The position numbers and the translations under genes are program-made. The notes under the pieces are model-generated. The model worked only from the letters and a program-made list of their open reading frames with translations, had not been told where the DNA came from and ran no database searches. Source: an uncultured virus (IMG/VR IMGVR_UViG_3300029305_009042) (lineage: Duplodnaviria > Heunggongvirae > Uroviricota > Caudoviricetes). Taken from it: a DNA stretch of 64,000 nt. Where the stretch lies: IMG/VR virus record IMGVR_UViG_3300029305_009042; one strand, 5' to 3'. Below, piece by piece: positions 36,630 through 44,448 of this stretch; positions within the stretch are counted from its first letter, which is position 1; every line of letters starts with the position of its first letter.

Positions 36630-37900
36630 ATCAAAGCAATTCCTTTCGCAGCACAAACAGCCTGAAGCCGAAGTAGAAACGTATCGTTTACCGGCAGCAC
36701 GCGAAGAAGCTCCTGATACTGCTCCTTGACTGCGGACGGGTCTACTAAAGGCGCGTTGATCAATTCCCGCATACGGGACATGACTGCAGACGTTTCAAGT
36801 GAGTACGTGGAATCCAGATCAAACGCCTCACTCTGAAGCCACTGATTCGCGTCCCCTTTTTTCTCAAAAGTCTCTGCTGTAACGTATACTGCGCCATCTG
36901 CTCCTAATTCAAAATCAAACCACTTGTCGGCTGCGGCGTCGAACACGGGTTCCAAGGACGTCATGACCAGCGGAGAGTGCGTAGCCAAAAAGTATTGGAT
37001 CTGAAGCGGAGACGAGAGAGTCTTTGCGGAGACCGCCAGCAGTCCATTCAGGATCTTTCTCTGCCACTGCGGGTGTAAGTGCGCTTCGACTTCATCCATA
37101 AGAAAAGTGACCTGTCTCACTGGGTCCTTTCCGAGAAGTTTGCTGTTCCTGTCATGCTCCGTCAAAGTCCACGTCAGAAGATATGCCAAGGATAGAATTC
37201 GTCGAATCCCCGCAGATGCCAGCTGTACGGAAACCTCGCCATACGGCATTACGAGTGTGGGGATGTTGCGTGTATCCATCACGGACATTTTCGCAGGAGT
37301 CCCCAGTCTCAAGATACAGTCCGCCGGAGAAAGGATCTCCAGAATCTCATTAAAAATGCTGATCTTCCAGTCTGCGTCTTTTTGCCAATCGTAAACGTCC
37401 TGCAGCAGGCCATTACAGTATCGTACAGTTTTGGTACCTAACCCCTGCCACACGTCTCTTGGGGAAAAAACGAAGGCACGCGTTCGCAGAAGCCTGCGCT
37501 CTCTGTCGTCATCCTGCCAGTAATTTTTCATGGGATCCCATACAGAGAAACTACCGTCTACGTGTGCATAGACAACCAGTCCAGGCATATGAGGACGTCC
37601 GGTCTTGGGTACCCAGGCATCTTCACGATAAGTGTATTCTCCGCTGCGAATGCGATCCGACTTCATTGAAAAATGTATCTTTGCCGGCTCCCCTGGAGTG
37701 TGCAGCCTCGCCGGAAAGCCAGATGTTATGCGCGGATTTACTTCCGCCGGCCAGGAACGGGTCAGAGTAAACCATACTATATCCAAAAGGAAGGATTTCC
37801 CCAGCCCATTATCCCCTGTAAATATATTTAATCTGGAGCCAAATTCCAGTGCTAACGCGGGCGTCGGACCCACATTTTCCAGTCGAATCGACTTAAGCAT
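36626..37900 (-). CDS. AAA/ABC-type ATPase (Septu PtuA-like)
   Basis: Walker A GDNGLGKS, ASAG signature-like, Walker B LMDEVEAHLHPQWQR, ATHSPLV. Confidence 0.9.
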   Translation of the reverse strand: MLKSIRLENVGPTPALALEFGSRLNIFTGDNGLGKSFLLDIVWFTLTRSWPAEVNPRITSGFPARLHTPGEPAKIHFSMKSDRIRSGEYTYREDAWVPKTGRPHMPGLVVYAHVDGSFSVWDPMKNYWQDDDRERRLLRTRAFVFSPRDVWQGLGTKTVRYCNGLLQDVYDWQKDADWKISIFNEILEILSPADCILRLGTPAKMSVMDTRNIPTLVMPYGEVSVQLASAGIRRILSLAYLLTWTLTEHDRNSKLLGKDPVRQVTFLMDEVEAHLHPQWQRKILNGLLAVSAKTLSSPLQIQYFLATHSPLVMTSLEPVFDAAADKWFDFELGADGAVYVTAETFEKKGDANQWLQSEAFDLDSTYSLETSAVMSRMRELINAPLVDPSAVKEQYQELLRVLPVNDTFLLRLQAVCAAKGIALI

Positions 37901-37994
37901 GATACACCTCGACTATTTTCAAACATATATAATCATTATAATACATTTAACAAAAGTTTCAAGAGGTCGGCAGATGAGAATCTGATTTTATAAT

Positions 37995-38020
37995 AAAAAA
38001 CCGCCGAATATGCCGGCGGT
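37995..38020 (-). terminator. Rho-independent terminator
   Basis: ACCGCCG/CGGCGGT stem plus T-tract on minus strand after gene 38045. Confidence 0.75.
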
Positions 38021-38044
38021 ATAACTTACGCTATTAATAACAGA

Positions 38045-39034
38045 TCAGTAGGGTATGATCTCGGGAAGGGATGCGGGGTCTGTCAAAGTGGTCGAACAGC
38101 CGCCGCCTTTATTGCTGCTCGTTACCGCAGCGTTGGTACTTAAGAGGACTTCATACAGCGATTCCAGAAAGCGGTTCAGTCCGGCAATGCCGTCTTCCAT
38201 CTCCTTTATGGAAGCCGCCAGCGATTCCAATTCCGTACAGCCGCAGTCCGGTTCCGCGCAGGTGTCCGAGAAGGTCAGCGTATTTCCAGAGCCGGTGATC
38301 GCCAGACAGCCGGAACCGACAAAATTCACCGAACCGTCCGCGCCCGGATAGGCGCCTCCGATACTGGTGATCGGAATATCTTCTTTGTTCAGATCGCAAA
38401 TACAGTCTTTATCATCCGTCGTACTGAATCCGGAAGTATCCAGCGCGTTAATGATGATCTTCGCGCCGTCTGAAGTCGGCTCGGTAAGTATCTGCACATT
38501 ACTCCCCTCAACAATCTCAATGTCGCCGTAGTACCGCTCCGAAACGGAAGTCCCGTCACTGACCCGCACGGAAGAGACCCCGCGAAGCATCGGCACGACA
38601 CAATCCTGCTCGACATAAGAAGAGGCTGGATAGAAAGAGTAGTAACCGGACAAAGAACGCAGAAGAGGACACTGCCCGTTAAATGCCGCATAGCCAACGG
38701 CATCCTCGAAGTTTCCTACTCCGGAAAGGCGGCAGTTCTGGATCTCTTCCGAAGCGGAAAGGCTGCACACCGCAGCATCCTGACCGAACTCGGTCCCGTC
38801 GTCATAACCAAAAGCAACTGTGCATCCGGCAGGAGAAACGACCAGCGACTTCAGAAAAAACTTCTCCGGGCGGACATCGTGCCCGGTATGCACCGAAAGC
38901 CGAAGCGCCAGAAGAAAGTCATCCGGGATACGGACATCCGGACTCAGGCTGGAGCATTTATCGCCTGCGTCCGAGAGCGGGTAGGAACGCTGCGAGTTCT
39001 GGTTCAGCCAGTTGACATTCCATAAGCCTATCAT
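38045..39034 (-). CDS. Putative baseplate/tail protein (W-x-N..RSYP family) with C-terminal coiled coil
   Basis: NWLNQNSQRSYPL..IPDDFLL; CAEPDCGCTELE..coiled coil; AGGAG RBS, ATGA coupling. Confidence 0.65.
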   Translation of the reverse strand: MIGLWNVNWLNQNSQRSYPLSDAGDKCSSLSPDVRIPDDFLLALRLSVHTGHDVRPEKFFLKSLVVSPAGCTVAFGYDDGTEFGQDAAVCSLSASEEIQNCRLSGVGNFEDAVGYAAFNGQCPLLRSLSGYYSFYPASSYVEQDCVVPMLRGVSSVRVSDGTSVSERYYGDIEIVEGSNVQILTEPTSDGAKIIINALDTSGFSTTDDKDCICDLNKEDIPITSIGGAYPGADGSVNFVGSGCLAITGSGNTLTFSDTCAEPDCGCTELESLAASIKEMEDGIAGLNRFLESLYEVLLSTNAAVTSSNKGGGCSTTLTDPASLPEIIPY

Positions 39035-40737
39035 GAAATATCTCCTGAATTCAAAATGCCTGTCATACGGACCAGCCCAACATCCGAAGCATAGGAGGCG
39101 GAAGCCGGACGGCGCAGGATCCATATCAGAGTGTCACCCTCGCTGACACGTATGGACTGACTCTCAAGTTCGAAAAGGGTGTCGGCTTCTACGGAGACGG
39201 AACTCTCCAGCCCGACCTGTTGAGGCGTAATGTGCGCCGGGAGGGAGACCGTCTCACCGGCGGGACGCGGAAGCCGGATGCAGTGAAGCTGCATCTCCGG
39301 ATAAAGACCTGCCAGCTTTGCCAGACAGGTCAGCCGCATCCTCACATTCAGATCCGTACCAAATTTACCGGGTATCTCCATCTTCATGGATACCGCGCTG
39401 GTTCTGGAGTACGGAAGTGCAAGATATTGTATCTGGTAATACTCACTTTCAAGCGCCTCAGACAATTTTACGATCTGCGGCTGAAGTTCAAAGTCTTCGG
39501 AATAGGGGCTGGCGGTCACTTCAAGAAGACCCCGCTGCCAGACTTTCTGATCCTGCTCAAACTCAAGACTTCCCTTAACGAGCAGATTCCGGGAAGTCGA
39601 ACGGATCCCGTGAATGACCGGTACCTGTTCCTGATACCAGTCCTCACTGATCCGGCTTAAAGCTGAACCGGAAAGAAGTTCCGCGTTCCGGAACCGGTGC
39701 CCAAGCGTAAATCGAATGAAAAGCTCGCCGGTAGAAGCAATGTCGCCGTGACAGTCCACAAACTCAAACGGCTGATCCTCGTCCGGCTGGAGAGAGGTCA
39801 CATAGACTTTGGAATTCTCAAAGGCGGTGCGCGAGAAATGGAGGGTGATCCGAAAGCCCCGCCAAGACTCGTCATTCAGCATGGTCTCTGGCGCGAAGGG
39901 ACTTATTTCGGAGGACATCCACCATATCCCGGAGCAGTCGATGCGGATCAAAGAATTCTCCTCATTGACCGGGATCTCGCGTCCGCCAAATGTTTCTTCA
40001 ATTGCAGAGGCATCATCGGTCTTGCCGTTCCAGTCGATCGTGCAGGAGCACGCCTGAAGAGGGACCGGGGGAAAGACACGCTTCAGGTCTGGGTCGCTCT
40101 CGATGTCGTAAGCATAGACAGCAGTTGAGGGAGCATTCGCAAACTCCGAAGCGGCTTTCCAGTTCTCCGGTTTCAAAACATGACGGTAATGATGATGCCC
40201 GGTCAGTTTGCCGGCAAACTCCGGGTTGACGTAAACACGGGTCCGTTCGTCACAGGGATCGGAAGGTCCCATTAAAACACCGATCGGTGCCTGGATCGTT
40301 CCTGGAGTGAACGTCAAACTTCCCGCGTCGGTCCCGAGATAGAACCGCCCTGTCCCTTCCGGAAGAAAATCGCGGATCTGAGGAAGGTCCGTCACTCCGA
40401 ACAGAAGAATGTCTCCGGAGGACTCGGTATGCTTGGCCTTTACCAGCCCCATGCAGTCCGTGCAGGCTTCTGACTCAAACTCGCCCGTCCGGCAGTTCAT
40501 CCGCGCTCCGGATCTCGCGGGACAGAACCGGCTTTCCAGTGCGTCCCAATAGACTGGCATCCCTGTGCGGACATCTTCCGACACCGGCATATCCCGGAGG
40601 ATCAGCAATTCCCCTAAAGACGCGGAAGACATTGCCTGATCCAGCGCCTCGACCTGATTCGCCAGTCCTTTGACCGGTCGGTTCGCGACACTCGCACTGA
40701 CCGGCTCGCCCGGTCGAATATAGGAAATCTGAGACAT
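39031..40737 (-). CDS. Putative tail fibre/baseplate-attached structural protein
   Basis: N-terminal GEPVSASVANRPVKGL anchor-like motif; GMPVYWD...GRFYLG..AGSLT motif; AGGAG RBS. Confidence 0.55.
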   Translation of the reverse strand: MSQISYIRPGEPVSASVANRPVKGLANQVEALDQAMSSASLGELLILRDMPVSEDVRTGMPVYWDALESRFCPARSGARMNCRTGEFESEACTDCMGLVKAKHTESSGDILLFGVTDLPQIRDFLPEGTGRFYLGTDAGSLTFTPGTIQAPIGVLMGPSDPCDERTRVYVNPEFAGKLTGHHHYRHVLKPENWKAASEFANAPSTAVYAYDIESDPDLKRVFPPVPLQACSCTIDWNGKTDDASAIEETFGGREIPVNEENSLIRIDCSGIWWMSSEISPFAPETMLNDESWRGFRITLHFSRTAFENSKVYVTSLQPDEDQPFEFVDCHGDIASTGELFIRFTLGHRFRNAELLSGSALSRISEDWYQEQVPVIHGIRSTSRNLLVKGSLEFEQDQKVWQRGLLEVTASPYSEDFELQPQIVKLSEALESEYYQIQYLALPYSRTSAVSMKMEIPGKFGTDLNVRMRLTCLAKLAGLYPEMQLHCIRLPRPAGETVSLPAHITPQQVGLESSVSVEADTLFELESQSIRVSEGDTLIWILRRPASASYASDVGLVRMTGILNSGDIS

Positions 40738-40830
40738 TCCGGCTCCTGTTTGCAAATAGTGAAACCTTACGTTACATTGATACTTTAACGTATCCTGAAA
40801 ATTCTGACAAATCGGAATTTATTCACGCCC

Positions 40831-40858
40831 TTGACAGAGAAGTCTATCCTTCCATAAT
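40831..40858 (+). promoter_or_regulatory. sigma70-like promoter TTGACA-16-CATAAT
   Basis: Read directly upstream of ATG 40909. Confidence 0.55.
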
Positions 40859-40908
40859 AAAGGTAAAGGCTTTGCAGGGCAAGTCATTTATTCAAAAGGA
40901 TTAATATT

Positions 40909-41331
40909 ATGATTCAGAGCTGCAAAGCCAAAGCCCCTTTCCGGTACGGGATCCGCTTCCTGAAGCGCAAAGACCTGAACCTGCTGGAAGTCAACACAAC
41001 GGACGCTTCGAAAACTCCGGCGGCTGCCGAAGAAGTCAAACAGGAGCCGGTCATCGAAGCCCCTGCTGTGGAAGAAGTCAAACAGGAAGCAGTTATCGAA
41101 GTACCAGCTGCCGAAGAAGTGAAACAGGAAGCAGCCGCCGGCACAACACTGGAATCCGCCGGCTTTTCGGCTGCCTCCATCCGGAACCTTGGTGCTAACA
41201 GCATCCAGACGATCGAACAGCTGACCGCTTATCTCAACACCGGCGCGACGCTCGAAGCTCTGGATAAGGTCGGTGCCAAGAGCGCCAAAATCATTGAAGA
41301 AGAACTGAACGCCTGGCTGGAACGTGCCTGA
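40909..41331 (+). CDS. Protein with acidic repeat linker and C-terminal RNAP alpha-CTD-like/HhH domain
   Basis: LESAGFSAASIRNLGANSIQTIEQL....LEALDKVGAKSAKIIEEEL follows the alpha-CTD pattern. Confidence 0.6.
   Translation: MIQSCKAKAPFRYGIRFLKRKDLNLLEVNTTDASKTPAAAEEVKQEPVIEAPAVEEVKQEAVIEVPAAEEVKQEAAAGTTLESAGFSAASIRNLGANSIQTIEQLTAYLNTGATLEALDKVGAKSAKIIEEELNAWLERA
41023..41134 (+). repeat. 42-bp coding repeat (AxEEVKQExVIExP, about 2.7 copies)
   Basis: Three GAAGAAGT[CG]AAACAGGA cores 42 bp apart. Confidence 0.9.
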
Positions 41332-41367
41332 TACGCTCTGGCGGGCTTTTGCCTGAAAGAGTGATAT

Positions 41368-42057
41368 ATGGAAAACAAAAACACACGTCCCCGGTTGTCC
41401 CGTTCCGAAAATACCCGTTTTGTCCGCGAGCTCCTCAACTCAAGGATCGCGGACTGCGGGAAACCTCTCGCCTCTTTCGTGATCGATACTGCTGACCTCA
41501 CGGAAGAGGTTTTTCGTTCCCGCTACCGTCCGGGCTATGAAATACTGCATCCGGAAGTCTCCGAACTGGCAGAGGTCACATGGCATACCGCACTCCTTTC
41601 ACTGGCGCAGCAATACACCGGACTCCCGTTTGAAACAGTCATGCTGCGGTCACATATCGAAGTCGCAGGCGCCGCACTCATTCTGAACCCGGATATGCGC
41701 ATGCCGTCGGATCAGCGTATCCCCCGCTACACAAACCAGCTGGCACAGGGGACCGACGTCGTAAAAATAGCCGCGCTATGCCGAGTGCTGTCGTCGATCC
41801 TGTCCCTGACCGAGGATATTCGCGTCCGCCACATTACTCCGGATCAGCTTTATGAACTGGCCTGGCTTCTGAAAGAGCTCAAGATCTTCACAGGCTGGTC
41901 CCAGCGTGCTCTGGACAAGTGGATGGACTGCGCGGATATTGTAAATTCGTGGGTACTCCAGAAACGTGTCCAGCGCACGCTGCCGAAGCCAAGCCTTTAC
42001 TTTTCTCTGGATCCGGAGATCCGGGTAAATAACCTGCGTGACCTGTTTGAGGACTGA
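41368..42057 (+). CDS. Hypothetical protein
   Basis: 229-aa ORF filling the gap between neighbours. Confidence 0.65.
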   Translation: MENKNTRPRLSRSENTRFVRELLNSRIADCGKPLASFVIDTADLTEEVFRSRYRPGYEILHPEVSELAEVTWHTALLSLAQQYTGLPFETVMLRSHIEVAGAALILNPDMRMPSDQRIPRYTNQLAQGTDVVKIAALCRVLSSILSLTEDIRVRHITPDQLYELAWLLKELKIFTGWSQRALDKWMDCADIVNSWVLQKRVQRTLPKPSLYFSLDPEIRVNNLRDLFED

Positions 42058-42059
42058 TT

Positions 42060-42088
42060 TTGTCCTTTTCCCGGAAAACAGGTATACT
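42060..42088 (+). promoter_or_regulatory. sigma70-like promoter TTGTCC-17-TATACT
   Basis: Read directly upstream of gene 42157. Confidence 0.55.
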
Positions 42089-42156
42089 GCGCAATTATAC
42101 GTCGTGCTGTAGGCTTCATGCCGCGCAAATCAGGCATCTGTAATACGGAAGAAATT

Positions 42157-44382
42157 ATGCGAACAAAGGATACTTATACACTGAAAACATCGATCCGGAA
42201 CCGCGTACTGAACAAAACTGCCGCCCTCGGAGGTGATGGAAACGATGTTCCGCTGGAAGAAATGTTCGGGCAGCTCACTCATACCTATCTACAGGATAAA
42301 GCACCGTCACTGATGCCGTACGAACAAGGCTTTCAGGTCGTGGAGAGAAATGAGGACGACACAAAAGTGCTGGGCGTGACCGGATTCAAAGTAAACGGTA
42401 TGCAGCTCTTCTCGCCGACCTTCTGCATCAACGGAGAGATCAAGGGACACGAACTTCTGCGGCTGGCAGATCAGAACTTGTGGGTGCCGCTGAAAGAAGC
42501 GTGGCTTAATGAGATCTTTCGCCGAAAGCCGATGATGATCGGCGACAGTGCTCCGAAATCCACACCCGGTTCTTCCACACCGGATCTGACCGATCTGGTA
42601 GACATCCCGACCAAGTACGCCTCTGCCATTCCGCGCGAATGGCACGCGGTCTACCGGGATATTGCCCGGAATTCCAAATTCAGTCTCGCTAAGAAAGCCT
42701 TTTCGCTTCATCAAAAGCTGAATCCGCTTCGTCATATCAAATATGCGTCCTACGGCGGGCTGAAGCGCACACTGGAAATGCTGGATACCTATCCGCTGAT
42801 CAAAGCCGCCTTTGAACAGGTCCACCCCGGAGGAACCGATGCTCTTCGGCGGGAATTCACGGAACGTGATATTCTTCGGAAATCCGCTGCGCTGAGAGTA
42901 AAACCGCTCCCGGAGCCGAACGTCAAATACGCCAACTCCGTACAGGTCATTTCTTATTCCGTTTCCATCTCTGGTTCGTCTCTCCCCTTCGGACTCTCCG
43001 ATAAAGAAAAAGAAAAGCTGCTGCGGGAAGGATACCTTGTTCAGGATGACCGCCGTGACGAGGAAGTTACCAAAGTCATCGACGCTTCCGGAAACAAGGC
43101 AAACATTTTCAACCCGAGAGGCACCGGCATCTACGACGTGTTGGTAGAACCCGGCAAATCCCGCCGTATGGTCGTTCTGCGCTCTTCCGATGCGGAAGGT
43201 CCCTTTATGCTGGTCGTGAACCCGTCCAGTCATGAATACTGCGAGTGCGCCGGGACCGAGATCTGGTGCACGAAAGAATATCCGACAGCCGACTATGTGA
43301 AATGGGTCGATAATCTTCCGTTCGGCAGTCCCAGCGACTGCTTCGCGGTCCTTCGCGGATGCTGTGAAGTACATGGTCCGTTCAATAATTACACAAGAGG
43401 TATCATCTGCAAAACCGAAACACAGGAAGAACCTCCGCTGCGCTACGGCTACGGGTATAACGACGGCTACCGGCATAATTGCCGCTCTATGGAATGGACG
43501 ATACGCAGAACTCCGAAAGGAAGCGACTTCCGTGTCTCAAAGCACACAATGGAACTTCCCAAGGATATGAAACTGCTGGACCTGCACCTGAATTCGGATC
43601 TGATCCAGAAAAGTAACGGTCTGGACCAGCTTCCTCAGGCAGTAAAAGCACAGAAGATCAAGGAATCCGCCTATGCCGGACTGGAACCGCTGAAAGTCTC
43701 CGTCTGGGGCGACGAATGCCGCCTGAACCAGGGTCCCCGGATCAGTACTTTTGAAGGTTTCAAATCGCTGGTCGAGGATTACGGACTTCGCGAAAAAACC
43801 GCAAAGGCTCTGCTAAAAAAAGCGGGAGCAGAACCGACCCGCGCCTGTAAAGTCTTCCTGAAGCGGGCGGAACTGGTCACGCCGCCGATCCCGCAGGTCA
43901 ACGATTCCCCTGTCGGCATCCTGACTGACCGTCTGGCAGCAGGCCCTTCCGGGCAGGAATACTCCACTACAAAATCTCACGATGTCTCAGCTGATCCTTA
44001 CATTTCGATCGACTCCGACTATGCGTCGCAGGATGTCGCGGCGGTCAATAAGGCGATCCAGAGCGGACAGAAAGACATCTTCGATGTCTCCATGCTCAAG
44101 AGTCTCTACACCTCCGGTGATACAGACTCCATGATCGACGAGCAGACCGCAGAACTGACTCGCGCCATGACGGAAGCAGGAGACCTCCTCTTCCGCTTTT
44201 ACTGGAAAGGCGATCAGTTCAAGGAGATCTATGGTCCCAAGAACCTGCCGGAACTGGAAGCCAACCTCAAAAAACTCTTCGAGATCCTCGGCGATGTCGT
44301 CCTCTTCCTGAAACGCAACCGGCTGAATCAGGCAGATTACGAAACACTGGAACCGCTGGATCTGAGTGATAACAGTAAGTAA
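42157..44382 (+). CDS. Large putative prohead core/internal head protein (K-x-A rich)
   Basis: About 741 aa; KTAA, KYAS x2, KKAF, KSAA, KYAN, KKAG, KRAE motifs. Confidence 0.65.
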   Translation: MRTKDTYTLKTSIRNRVLNKTAALGGDGNDVPLEEMFGQLTHTYLQDKAPSLMPYEQGFQVVERNEDDTKVLGVTGFKVNGMQLFSPTFCINGEIKGHELLRLADQNLWVPLKEAWLNEIFRRKPMMIGDSAPKSTPGSSTPDLTDLVDIPTKYASAIPREWHAVYRDIARNSKFSLAKKAFSLHQKLNPLRHIKYASYGGLKRTLEMLDTYPLIKAAFEQVHPGGTDALRREFTERDILRKSAALRVKPLPEPNVKYANSVQVISYSVSISGSSLPFGLSDKEKEKLLREGYLVQDDRRDEEVTKVIDASGNKANIFNPRGTGIYDVLVEPGKSRRMVVLRSSDAEGPFMLVVNPSSHEYCECAGTEIWCTKEYPTADYVKWVDNLPFGSPSDCFAVLRGCCEVHGPFNNYTRGIICKTETQEEPPLRYGYGYNDGYRHNCRSMEWTIRRTPKGSDFRVSKHTMELPKDMKLLDLHLNSDLIQKSNGLDQLPQAVKAQKIKESAYAGLEPLKVSVWGDECRLNQGPRISTFEGFKSLVEDYGLREKTAKALLKKAGAEPTRACKVFLKRAELVTPPIPQVNDSPVGILTDRLAAGPSGQEYSTTKSHDVSADPYISIDSDYASQDVAAVNKAIQSGQKDIFDVSMLKSLYTSGDTDSMIDEQTAELTRAMTEAGDLLFRFYWKGDQFKEIYGPKNLPELEANLKKLFEILGDVVLFLKRNRLNQADYETLEPLDLSDNSK

Positions 44383-44392
44383 CAATTATTAA

Positions 44393-44427
44393 TAACAAAA
44401 AGGCGCTGAAAAGCGCCTTTTTTGTTA
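44393..44427. terminator. Bidirectional rho-independent terminator
   Basis: AAAAAGGCGCT-GAAA-AGCGCCTTTTTT between convergent genes. Confidence 0.9.
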
Positions 44428-44448
44428 GTTTATGCGGAGTGAAGACCG

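Noticed and set aside
36015..37900. Retron system
   Set aside because: PtuAB-like effectors are present but no reverse transcriptase or msr/msd-like region is visible nearby.
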